Shown piece by piece: positions 28,428 through 37,507 of a stretch of 64,000 nucleotides of DNA (its first letter is position 1; each line of letters starts with the position of its first letter). The notes under the pieces were generated by a model. The model worked only from the letters and a program-made list of their open reading frames with translations. It did not search any database and had not been told where the DNA came from. The stretch lies in assembly GCA_025455065.1 (NCBI GenBank), contig JALONG010000002.1, positions 422-64,421 on the forward strand, written 5' to 3'. Source of the DNA: Candidatus Kapaibacterium sp. GTDB lineage: Bacteria; Bacteroidota; Ignavibacteria; Kapaibacteriales; UBA4661. The translations under genes and the position numbers were made by a program.

Positions 28428-31400
28428 ATGCAACGTTTTGTTCACGCTGTGCGGCTTTTTCCGCAGATAGTACGCTTATTCCGTTGCGCTTCAATCGGCA
28501 TTGATGCGCACGTGGGGTTGTTGCCGTTGATACTCGTTTTGCTGCCGTTGTATTGTGTTGTTGCCGCTCCCGAAACGCCTGTATTTCCTAAACGCGACCT
28601 CAAATTTGACCATTACAATCTTGCTGAAGGATTATCGCAAAGCAGCGTATTTGCTGTTCTCCAAGACCGCTACGGCTTTTTGTGGATAGGCACACAAGAC
28701 GGTCTGAACCGTTACGACGGCTATCGTTTCACGCATTATCGTCATAATCCCGACAATCCCCACTCACTCGCGTCAAATTTTATCAGTGCGCTCTACGAAG
28801 ACCGTTCGGGAACATTATGGGTGGGGACGCAAGAAGGCGGTCTCCATGTTTTTGACCGCACAACCGAAGGTTTTACGCGGTATCGCACAAATCCTGCCGA
28901 GCCCTTCAGCACAAAATTTATTGGAAGCAATTTTATCCGCGGCATCACCGAAGATGCGTCAGGAACGCTCTGGTTGGCTACGCTTGGTGCTGTCAGTACG
29001 TTCAACAAAAATACAGGAGAATGGCGGCATATCACGTCGAATACAAAGAATCCCGATGACGCAAAAAGCCTCAGTTCGCCGGCAACGTGCGGTATTCTGC
29101 GGGATAACGAGGGAATGATGTGGATAGCGACTTTGGGAGGCGGTCTCAACCGCATTAACCCGCAAACCGGCATTGTTACTCGCATCAATGACCATTCGGT
29201 GGGCTTTCGTATTTCCGGGCGCAATGTAACGGCGCTTTATCAAGACAATACAGGAAATATCTGGGTTGGAACGGACAACGGTGTGGATATTTTGCGGCTT
29301 CGTGAACAGAAATCTGAATATCTGCCATTGAACGAAACGATGAAAACAGGCGGTGTAGAAAGACCTGTCAGAGCATTTCAACAAGAGAGTGATTCCGTGA
29401 TGTGGATTGGCGTGGAATTTGGCGGTTTGACGGTGCTGAATATGCGCACGGGTAAGCAATCAAGCTACCGTCACGAACAAACCCGACTCTCAAGCCTCAG
29501 CAACGATTTTCTTTGGTGCATTTACCGCGACAAACAAGGTGCGTTCTGGGTTGGCACGCAAGGCGGCGGTGTGAATGTCTTCAATCCATTTGCAAGGAAA
29601 TTTACGTCCTTCAGGCAGGAAATCAATAATCCTTTCAGTCTGAACAATAATTTTGTTCGCGCAATGTCCGAAGACGGCAAAGGCACTCTTTGGGTTGGAA
29701 CCGAAGGTGGCGGTTTGAGCCGATATGACCGCCTCACGCAGCGCTTCACTGCTTATACCTTTGATAAAAAAGCGCGAAGTGGCATCAGCCATAATATCGT
29801 TCGTGCGATTGTCTATGACGCAAAGCGTGATGCACTCTGGGTAGGCACAGGCGGCGGATTGAACAAACTCGACCTGAAAAGCGGCGTGTTTACGGTCTTT
29901 CGCGCTGATAAGAACAATCCCCACGCAATTTCGGATGATGCCGTGCGGACGCTCTTGCTTGACGATGACGGTACACTGTGGGTAGGAACGGACAACGGTG
30001 GTGTGAATCATTTGAATCCCGAAACAAAGCGTTTTCGTGCGTATCAACATAACCCCAATGACGCTGCAAGCCTGAGTTTTAATGCCGTACTGTCTTTGCA
30101 CAAAGACCGCTTGGGAACGCTTTGGGTGGGAACGCTCAGGGGATTGAACAAACTGAACGCCGCAAATGGCACATTTACGGTCTTTGCTGCTGATAATACC
30201 AAAGCAACTATGCTGCAAAGTGGAAACATTCGTGCTATTCATGAAGACCGTAAAGGGCGATTCTGGATTGCAACGTGGGGCGGCGGGCTGCACCAATTCG
30301 ACCGCCAAAGCGGACATTTTGAGGTGTTCCGAGAAAAAGACGGGTTGCCGAATGATGCGGTGTACGGGATTTTGGAAGACAAATCGGGACATCTTTGGCT
30401 GACCACAAATAATGGACTTGCTCGCTTTAATCCTGACGAGCGCTCATTTCGCACCTATACCGTGGAAGACGGTTTGCAAAGTAACGAATTTAACGGAGGG
30501 GCGTATTTTCAAGGTGCTTCGGGTAGAATGTATGTCGGAGGTGTAAACGGACTAAGTGAATTTTGCCCCGAAACGATTACCGACAATGATGTGCCGCCTG
30601 CGGTTGTAATAACGGGCTTCAAAAAGTTCAATAAGCCCGTACAGTTGTGGAAAGACCTTAATGCCGAGCCGGAAATTACGTTGCCGCATGACGATAATTT
30701 TTTCTCAATCGAATTTGCCGCGCTGAGTTTTGCCAACGCAAAGAAAAATCGGTATCTCTACAAAATGGACGGCTTCGATAGGCAATGGATTGATGCCGGA
30801 ACAAGCAAGGAAGCGGCATACACGAACTTAGACCCGGGAAGCTATGTTTTTCGCGTTAAAGCCTGCAACAACGACGGTGTGTGGAATGAGGAAGGCGCAC
30901 GGCTGAGAATCAGCATTCTGCCGCCTTGGTGGATGTCGCTGTGGTTTCGAGCGGGAATAGTGCTGGGGTTTGTCGGAACAGGAGGGGCGTGGTTTTGGAT
31001 GCGCCTGCGTAATGAGCGGCGTCGCAGAGCAGAGTTAGAGCGCTTGGTGCATATTCGCACCGAGCAGTTGGAAACAAGCAACCATGAGCTTTCGCAGGCA
31101 AACGAAGAAATTCAGACCCATATCCAAACCCTCAGCGAACAGGCATGGGAAATTGCCACGATGAATACGCAATTACAATCGCGCAACCAAGAATTAGAGC
31201 GTTTGAACACGGAAAAAAATGAATTTTTGGGCATTGCTGCACATGATTTGAAAAACCCGCTTTCGAGTATTGTGCTGATGACAGAAATGCTCCAAATGCA
31301 GCATAAAACCTTAGCGTCAGAACAAGTACAGGAAAAACTCGGGCGGATTGAATCAACGGCTATGCGGATGCGGGATATCATCACCAATTTGCTGGATGTT

Positions 31401-32024
31401 AATGCCCTAGAATCCGGCGCACTCACGCTTTATCCGGCTGAGTTTGATGCCAAAGACCTTGTGCGGGATGTTGTTGAAGAATACCAAGAACGTGCAACAG
31501 AAAAAAATATCACGCTGCACCTCGACATTGCCGACGCGCCCGAACATGGGATATATGCGGACTATGCAAAAACGCACGAAGTTTTGGAAAATCTTGTTTC
31601 CAATGCCGTAAAATACTCGCCGACGGGGAAGAAGGTCAATGTGCGTGTGGTCGTTGGTCATTCGTCAGACGATAATGTCAGAAACACCAATACTGAAGCG
31701 GCACACAGGACTAATGACCAACGGCTAATGACCAATGACCAATCAACCAATGACCAATTCACCAAGCCCCAAGCAACCAACAATTACCTTCGTATTGAAG
31801 TCGCTGATGAAGGTCCGGGAATTTCGGATGAGGATATGAAGCGGCTTTTTGGTAAATTCGCCCGTCTGACTGCACAGCCGACAGGAGGCGAAGATTCTAC
31901 GGGCTTGGGACTGAGTATTGTGAAAAAAATCGTAGAAGCAATGAACGGCAGGGTTTGGTGTGAATCTGTTCTTGGAGCAGGAGCCACGTTTATTGTCGAG
32001 TTGCCTCGGAGCGGCGCAGAATAG
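28428..32024 (+). CDS. Sensor histidine kinase, type A core: beta-propeller, Y_Y_Y, TM, HisKA, HATPase_c, with a long TNDQ-rich insertion. ORF track start at 28374.
   Basis: Many Reg_prop repeats, Y_Y_Y (RYLYKMDGFDRQW), EFLGIAAHDLKNPL and GGEDSTGLGLSIVKKIVEAMNGRVWCESVLGAGATFIVELP. Insertion NTNTEAAHRTNDQRLMTNDQSTNDQFTKPQATNN. Confidence 0.85.
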   Translation: MQRFVHAVRLFPQIVRLFRCASIGIDAHVGLLPLILVLLPLYCVVAAPETPVFPKRDLKFDHYNLAEGLSQSSVFAVLQDRYGFLWIGTQDGLNRYDGYRFTHYRHNPDNPHSLASNFISALYEDRSGTLWVGTQEGGLHVFDRTTEGFTRYRTNPAEPFSTKFIGSNFIRGITEDASGTLWLATLGAVSTFNKNTGEWRHITSNTKNPDDAKSLSSPATCGILRDNEGMMWIATLGGGLNRINPQTGIVTRINDHSVGFRISGRNVTALYQDNTGNIWVGTDNGVDILRLREQKSEYLPLNETMKTGGVERPVRAFQQESDSVMWIGVEFGGLTVLNMRTGKQSSYRHEQTRLSSLSNDFLWCIYRDKQGAFWVGTQGGGVNVFNPFARKFTSFRQEINNPFSLNNNFVRAMSEDGKGTLWVGTEGGGLSRYDRLTQRFTAYTFDKKARSGISHNIVRAIVYDAKRDALWVGTGGGLNKLDLKSGVFTVFRADKNNPHAISDDAVRTLLLDDDGTLWVGTDNGGVNHLNPETKRFRAYQHNPNDAASLSFNAVLSLHKDRLGTLWVGTLRGLNKLNAANGTFTVFAADNTKATMLQSGNIRAIHEDRKGRFWIATWGGGLHQFDRQSGHFEVFREKDGLPNDAVYGILEDKSGHLWLTTNNGLARFNPDERSFRTYTVEDGLQSNEFNGGAYFQGASGRMYVGGVNGLSEFCPETITDNDVPPAVVITGFKKFNKPVQLWKDLNAEPEITLPHDDNFFSIEFAALSFANAKKNRYLYKMDGFDRQWIDAGTSKEAAYTNLDPGSYVFRVKACNNDGVWNEEGARLRISILPPWWMSLWFRAGIVLGFVGTGGAWFWMRLRNERRRRAELERLVHIRTEQLETSNHELSQANEEIQTHIQTLSEQAWEIATMNTQLQSRNQELERLNTEKNEFLGIAAHDLKNPLSSIVLMTEMLQMQHKTLASEQVQEKLGRIESTAMRMRDIITNLLDVNALESGALTLYPAEFDAKDLVRDVVEEYQERATEKNITLHLDIADAPEHGIYADYAKTHEVLENLVSNAVKYSPTGKKVNVRVVVGHSSDDNVRNTNTEAAHRTNDQRLMTNDQSTNDQFTKPQATNNYLRIEVADEGPGISDEDMKRLFGKFARLTAQPTGGEDSTGLGLSIVKKIVEAMNGRVWCESVLGAGATFIVELPRSGAE
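31690..31795 (+). repeat. In-frame GACCAAT heptamer-like repeat tract (about 9 units with 7/8-nt period) encoding a TNDQ-rich insertion in the HATPase domain.
   Basis: GACTAATGACCAACGGCTAATGACCAATGACCAATCAACCAATGACCAATTCACCAAGCCCCAAGCAACCAAC. Single-base deviations avoid in-frame TGA codons. Confidence 0.55.
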
Positions 32025-32147
32025 CTGATTTTTTGTCAAGAGGGAAGTCGCAAACTTTTCTTGCATTTTCATCAATGCCCCGTTATTGTGAACTACATCC
32101 GCGCTATTATTCCCGTTTTGATAGTTCGTCATTTCACTGCATCCTTG

Positions 32148-34230
32148 ATGCTGTGCGGGTTTCTCGTTTTTGGTGCTGCGGGACAAGCAACGGTGCTGTT
32201 TGCAGAGGCAAAAACATTTGAGGCAAAAATTGCCGAAGCGCGAAAACAAGGGAATGATACGCTCTTGGTGCTTGCCTTGGCGGATTGCGCCTATTCTCAT
32301 TATCTTTCCAATCCCAAGCAAGGAATTGCCGAAGCGGATGAAGCCATAGCATTGGCGGAGCGGGTGAAATTCCCGCGTGGTGCTGCAAAGGCATTTGTCT
32401 ATAAAGGTTGGTGCCATTATGTTCTTGCGGAATATGCAGAAGCAATTCGTGCATACTTGCAAGCGGAAACTCTTGCGGAGCAAAATGGCGATTCGTCTAG
32501 TCTAGGGCTTGCATTGCAGTACAAGGCGAATCTTTACCGTCGTGTGTATAAAGACGTAGAGCGCTCTTTCCAAGATCATGCTAAAGCCGCACGATTACTG
32601 GAAGGAAAAGTTGATAGCGCAGACATGATGCTGTTATGGCAAGATTTGGGTATTGATGAAGGAGCGCGGCTGCACACAAGCGAGAGTGTGCGCTATCTTG
32701 AGCAAACAGTGAGGTATTTCTTCGAGAAACGGGATACGGTGAATTGGCTTGTTAGCTATGCCTATATCGGAGAAGCGTACTTGCTTGCGGAGGAATATGA
32801 GCAAGCGAGACCATATTTTGAGGAAGTGCTGCGTATTGCCGAAAAAACGAACTCCTTCCGTGCCAAAGCCATGACACAGAGCCGTTTAGCGAGGATTTAC
32901 CTTTCGGAACGCCGATACTCGGAAGCGGCAATTTCCGCAAAGGAGGCTGTGGAAGCGTCGCAACTCGCAGGGTCGAAAGATTTTTTGGTGGACAGTTACG
33001 GCGCGTTAGCTGAGGCACTACGGGCTTTGCAGCGTTTTGAAGAGGCTTCCGATTACCAAGTTTTGCTCACAAATTTGCAAGATTCACTCTTTGCCGATAA
33101 AATGCGGAACTCGCTGACGGTGCAGCAAGCAAACTACGAAGCAGAAAAAGCACAAAGCAAAATTCAAGACTTGGAATTACAACAACAGGCTCAACGGCGC
33201 ATCGGATATGCTTTGGCTATTGTCGTTATTGTTGTTGTCTTGGCAGCACTTCGCATTTGGCGCTCTGCACGAGCCGAACATCGTGCATTGGTGCAGGTGG
33301 AAGAAAAAAATCGGAATATTTCGCAGCAACGCGAAGAATTGGAGCAGTTAAACGCACAACTGCTCACCGCAAACGAGGAAATCCAGCGCCAACTCACCAT
33401 TCAAGCCGAACAATCGCAGCAGTTGGAACTATCGCAAACGGAGATTCAAGCGGTCAGCGATGATTTGCAGGAAGCAAACCTCGAATTGAGGGCTTCCAAT
33501 GAACTACTCGCGCTGGAACGAGAGGCTTTGGAGCGCGTGAATACGGAGTTAGCGCTGAAAAATACGGCACTGTCGGAAGCAGAAGAGTTTCGGTTGAATA
33601 TGCTCAGTATCGTTTCGCATGACCTCAAAAACCCGATAAATTCTATCTCCGGCTTAGTCAGTGTTTTGCTGGATAATCCTGAGTTGGGAGAACGTGAACG
33701 TGAGATATTGCGCTATGTTCACGAATCAGGGGAACGAATGAGCGCACTTGTGCGGGATTTACTGGATACTGCTGCCAGAAGTGCCGGAAAAATCACGCTA
33801 CAATTAGCCCCGACGGAATTAAAGGACATCACCGCCGGAGTGCTTGCGCATCATATTCATTCGGCGGCGCGGAAAAAACAGCAGTTTATTTTTAATCCAC
33901 ATGAGGAAATTTGGGTAACAGGAGATGTGCGTCGTTTGTTTCAAGTGTTCGACAATTTGGTCAGTAATGCTCTCAAATACTCGCCATATGGCAGTTCGAT
34001 TTGGATTGGCATAGGACGAAAAGATTCTTCAGCGCTTTGGAGCGTCCGCGATGAAGGAGCGGGTTTCACGGAAGAAGACAAAACAAAGGCTTTCGGCTTT
34101 TTTCAAAAACTTTCTGCCGAGCCTACGGGCAGATTGTGGAACTGCACGGGGGAACAATTCGCATCGAAAGCGAGGCGGGGCAAGGTGCAACGATGATTGT
34201 CGAAATGCCGTTATTGCTGCCTTCGTAAGA
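32148..34230 (+). CDS. TPR-repeat sensor histidine kinase, type C core, with a frameshifting deletion in the G2-box region near 34135; possible pseudogene. The ORF track ends at 34196 in the wrong frame, and the conserved C-terminus QIVELHGGTIRIESEAGQGATMIVEMP continues in another frame to 34230.
   Basis: TPR-like repeats, TM segment (IGYALAIVVIVVVLAAL), coiled coil, H-box LNMLSIVSHDLKNPI, NALKYSP and FFQKLSAEPTG. The reading frame then shifts exactly where the GxGLGL box should be. Confidence 0.7.
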
Positions 34231-34356
34231 TATAAGACCAAATCTCAACGGAAATTTTTTTTCTTGTCCTTCTGATGGATGCAATGTAGATTGTTCTCCG
34301 CAAATTATTCTGAGCAGTTATCCTTGCTTCTTTTCTTGGTTATCACCTTCGGTCGC

Positions 34357-36616
34357 ATGGCGCATCGTTCCTTGATACATAATTTTCCTCGTTTGTTGCT
34401 GACAAGCGCCTGTTTGCTGTGGTTATGTGCCAATCTTTCTGCGCAATCCGCCAACCCGAAAAACCCCGGTACTCAAGGCTTTGAGCAGTCATCAAATCCT
34501 GTTGTAGAGCAGGTTTCAGAGAACATTCCACATTACACTGTTGAAACTGATGAGGCGGTGCAGTTATTTTTTCCATCGCTGTTGAAGGATGTGGCTCGCT
34601 CTGCAAGGATTGACGCGATTCTTGAGCAAGAAAGCCTTTTTCGTCTTAGTACCGCAATGTCGCTTTCTGCTACGCCGAATGCGGTTTGGCTGGTCTTTGA
34701 TGTGCAAAACAAAAGCGGGAAGCCGCTTGCTCTCTGGTTTGACGATACGGGATTAGACACATTACAAACGTTTTGTGTGGTGCGCGATGCTGCGGGAAAG
34801 AAGACCATTGTTTTGCACGAATATGCAGGATTAACCTTTGCTTCACACCCGATTGCGGGATTGCCTCTCAATATGCTCTACGCAACAGGAGCAGACACCC
34901 TCCCCAAGCGAGTTTTTGTGCGGCTTGCGAGCCGAGAACCCATGGCGATTTCGGTGTATAGCGGCTCCGATGATGCGCTTCGTCGCTATTACGAAGGGCG
35001 CTTTCTTTTAAATGCCGTTATTGTTGGTCTGATACTTGCACTGATAGCCTACAACGTGCTTTTGAGCCTTATGCTGCGGAGTGTCACGTATATGCTTTAT
35101 GTTGTTTACGGGCTTTCGGCATTGTTGTATATCCTTTATGCAACAGGGTTAATCGTCCCTTTTTGTGGAAAGGCTGTAACGGAATTTGTTCTCGGAAAAT
35201 CCTTTCAAATCGGCTTGTTGGTAATGTTTTTTACCGTAGCTTTTGCGACAAGATTCCTGCACGTTGCAGAGCGCCTCCCCGCATGGTTACTACCCGGTCG
35301 TGCTGTTTTGGTGATAATTGTCCTTAGCGGTTTTGTGCGGTCAATAGTACCGATGACGGAAACTGCCTACACGGTGATTATTGCTGTTGTTGCAACAATA
35401 ACATCAGTATTTTGTATCAGTATGAGCATCGTTGCAGGGCTTCGCGGCAACAAAGCGGCGTGGCTCTATTTACTGGCGTGGATATTACTTTTGACGATGT
35501 TTGTGATTTTGATTCCGGCAATAGAAGGGTATATTCCTTTGACTCCTTTGTTGTTGCTATTGCCGCAAGTCGGCTTCACTGTCGAACTCCTGCTCATGTC
35601 GTTTGCTCTTGCTTATCGGATTCGTATTCTCCAGCAGGAGCGGCAATCGGCATTGCTGGAAAATGAGCGCCTTGTGCAAGAGCAGAACCGTATTTTGGAG
35701 CAGAAAGTCCATGAGCGAACAATGGCGCTGGAGGACGCAAATTTACAGCTTGCTGCGGCAAATGAGGAAATTCAGCGACAGTTGGAAGTACAAACCGAGC
35801 AGGCTCATCATATCGAACTTTCCAATACCGAACTCCAAGAAACATCGGACAATCTTGCGCTCGTCAATCACGAACTTCTCGAATTAAATGAGCAATTATC
35901 GGGGCAGAAGGAAGAATTACAAGCCAAGAACCAAGCATTAGCGGACGCGGAACAGTTCCGCCTGAATATGCTCAGTATCGTTTCGCATGATTTGAAAAAT
36001 CCGATTAGCGCAATAACAGGCTTGGCGAGTGTGCTTCTGGATAATCAAGGGTTTGACGAGCGTACCAAAGAAATGCTCTATTACATTGCTGATTCGGGTG
36101 AGCGTATGAGCGCACTTGTCCGGGATTTGCTGGACACTGCCGCGAGAAGCTCGACACACATTGCCCTCGTGCTTGCACCAACGGAATTGAAAGACATCAC
36201 CGCCGGAGTCCTTGCGCATCATATTCACGCTTCGGAGCGCAAACGGCAGCGCTTGATTTTTACTTCGCATGAAGAAGTTTGGGTAAACGGTGATGTCAAG
36301 CGCCTCTTCCAAGTATTTGACAATTTGGTAAGCAACGCCGTGAAATACTCCCCTGAGGGCGGCACAATTTGGGTGAGTGTTAGCAAAATACTCACCCAAA
36401 CCGAGAAGAAAGCGCTTTGGAGCGTCCGCGATGAAGGAGCGGGTTTCACGGAAGAAGACAAAACAAAGGCTTTCGGCTTTTTTCAAAAACTTTCTGCCGA
36501 GCCTACGGGTTGCGCGGCAGATTGTGGATCTGCATGGGGGAACAATTCGCATCGAAAGCAAGGCGGGGCAAGGTGCTACGATGATTGTCGAATTGCCGTT
36601 GTTGCAAGATTGGTAG
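34357..36616 (+). CDS. 7TMR-DISM sensor histidine kinase, type C core, with a frameshift in the G2-box region near 36500; possible pseudogene. The true C-terminal frame corresponds to track ORF 36377..36616.
   Basis: Signal peptide, extracellular domain, 7 TM helices, coiled coil, LNMLSIVSHDLKNPI, NAVKYSPEGG and FFQKLSAEPTG. The conserved VARQIVDLHGGTIRIESKAGQGATMIVELP is then found in the +1 frame. Confidence 0.7.
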
Positions 36617-36808
36617 AATGTTGTTCTCTGTTATCAGAATATTCTCTCGCTAGGCAGTGCTAGGGGAATTGTTAGATGAAGAACGCATAAAACCTCACTG
36701 AAAGCACGGTGCTTGCTATATCGCAAGAAATTACTATTTTTGCGAAGCAGTATAATACCTCAAATGTGCTGTTTCTTGCGCAGTATGTGTTACAAACATT
36801 TTTGCACT

Positions 36809-37258
36809 ATGCGAAAACTTAAAATACATTGTTTGGCGTTGCAATTGGCTTTATTGCTTACGTTTGCAGCAGGTGGGAGGGTGGTAGCTTCACATCGGTT
36901 GCCTGCAATGGAACCCTCACCGTTTTGCCATTCTGTTGCCCAGGAAGCACAGCGAATACTCGTTTCAACAACGTTTCCCACTGAAATTACGAGCATCTGT
37001 TTCGCTCACACCGAAACACTGTCGCTTATTCACCCTCTTCGTTCCGCCATTGATATTGTTGAAACCACTGAACCGGAACAGGAAGATGATGATGAACATT
37101 CTGCCTTGAGTCGTGGTAGTGTAACCTTGTTCAACAACGACTGCGCAAAAAGTGATGCTCGTGCCGCAAACGCATCCTTCGGTGTTCTCTCTCCTGTCCC
37201 GCTTTATATCCTGCATCATAGCTGGAAACACTTCGTGCTGCCTCTTCCCCGCGCATAG
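36809..37258 (+). CDS. Hypothetical small secreted protein with an acidic stretch.
   Basis: ORF with an N-terminal signal-like segment (MRKLKIHCLALQLALLLTFAAGG). No recognisable family, and I do not see clear coding-bias evidence. Confidence 0.3.
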   Translation: MRKLKIHCLALQLALLLTFAAGGRVVASHRLPAMEPSPFCHSVAQEAQRILVSTTFPTEITSICFAHTETLSLIHPLRSAIDIVETTEPEQEDDDEHSALSRGSVTLFNNDCAKSDARAANASFGVLSPVPLYILHHSWKHFVLPLPRA

Positions 37259-37260
37259 GT

Positions 37261-37490
37261 TGTTCGTGCGCCATTCCTCCTTATCTCTACGTTAAATTTT
37301 TTATCGAAAGACGTGTAACGTTCCTGTTATGCGGCTTTTGCGGTATTTTCTTTCGTGAAATTTTATCACCAATCCGCGAGCCTGTCTGAAACTAGCACGA
37401 ATCCTTGAGTTTATCCTCAATAAACGTGATCGTTTCTAATTGCAATCACTGTTTTCATTCGTGAAGATTCGTGCAATTCGTGGACATAAT
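37261..37490 (+). promoter_or_regulatory. Cluster of TTCGTG/CACGAA motifs upstream of dabA, including three direct ATTCGTG repeats at helical-turn spacing (37457..37485). Candidate regulator binding sites.
   Basis: cATTCGTGaagATTCGTGcaATTCGTGgac lies 20 bp upstream of the dabA start codon. Further copies are at about 37264, 37354, 37398 (inverted) and 37424. Confidence 0.35.
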
Positions 37491-37507
37491 CATCGGAGAC
37501 AACAACG

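Noticed and set aside
36377-36616. 79-aa ORF annotated separately in the track.
   Set aside because: It is the displaced true C-terminal frame (VARQIVDLHGGTIRIESKAGQGATMIVELP) of the frameshifted kinase 34357..36616, not an independent gene. The same applies to 34051..34275 relative to the upstream paralog.
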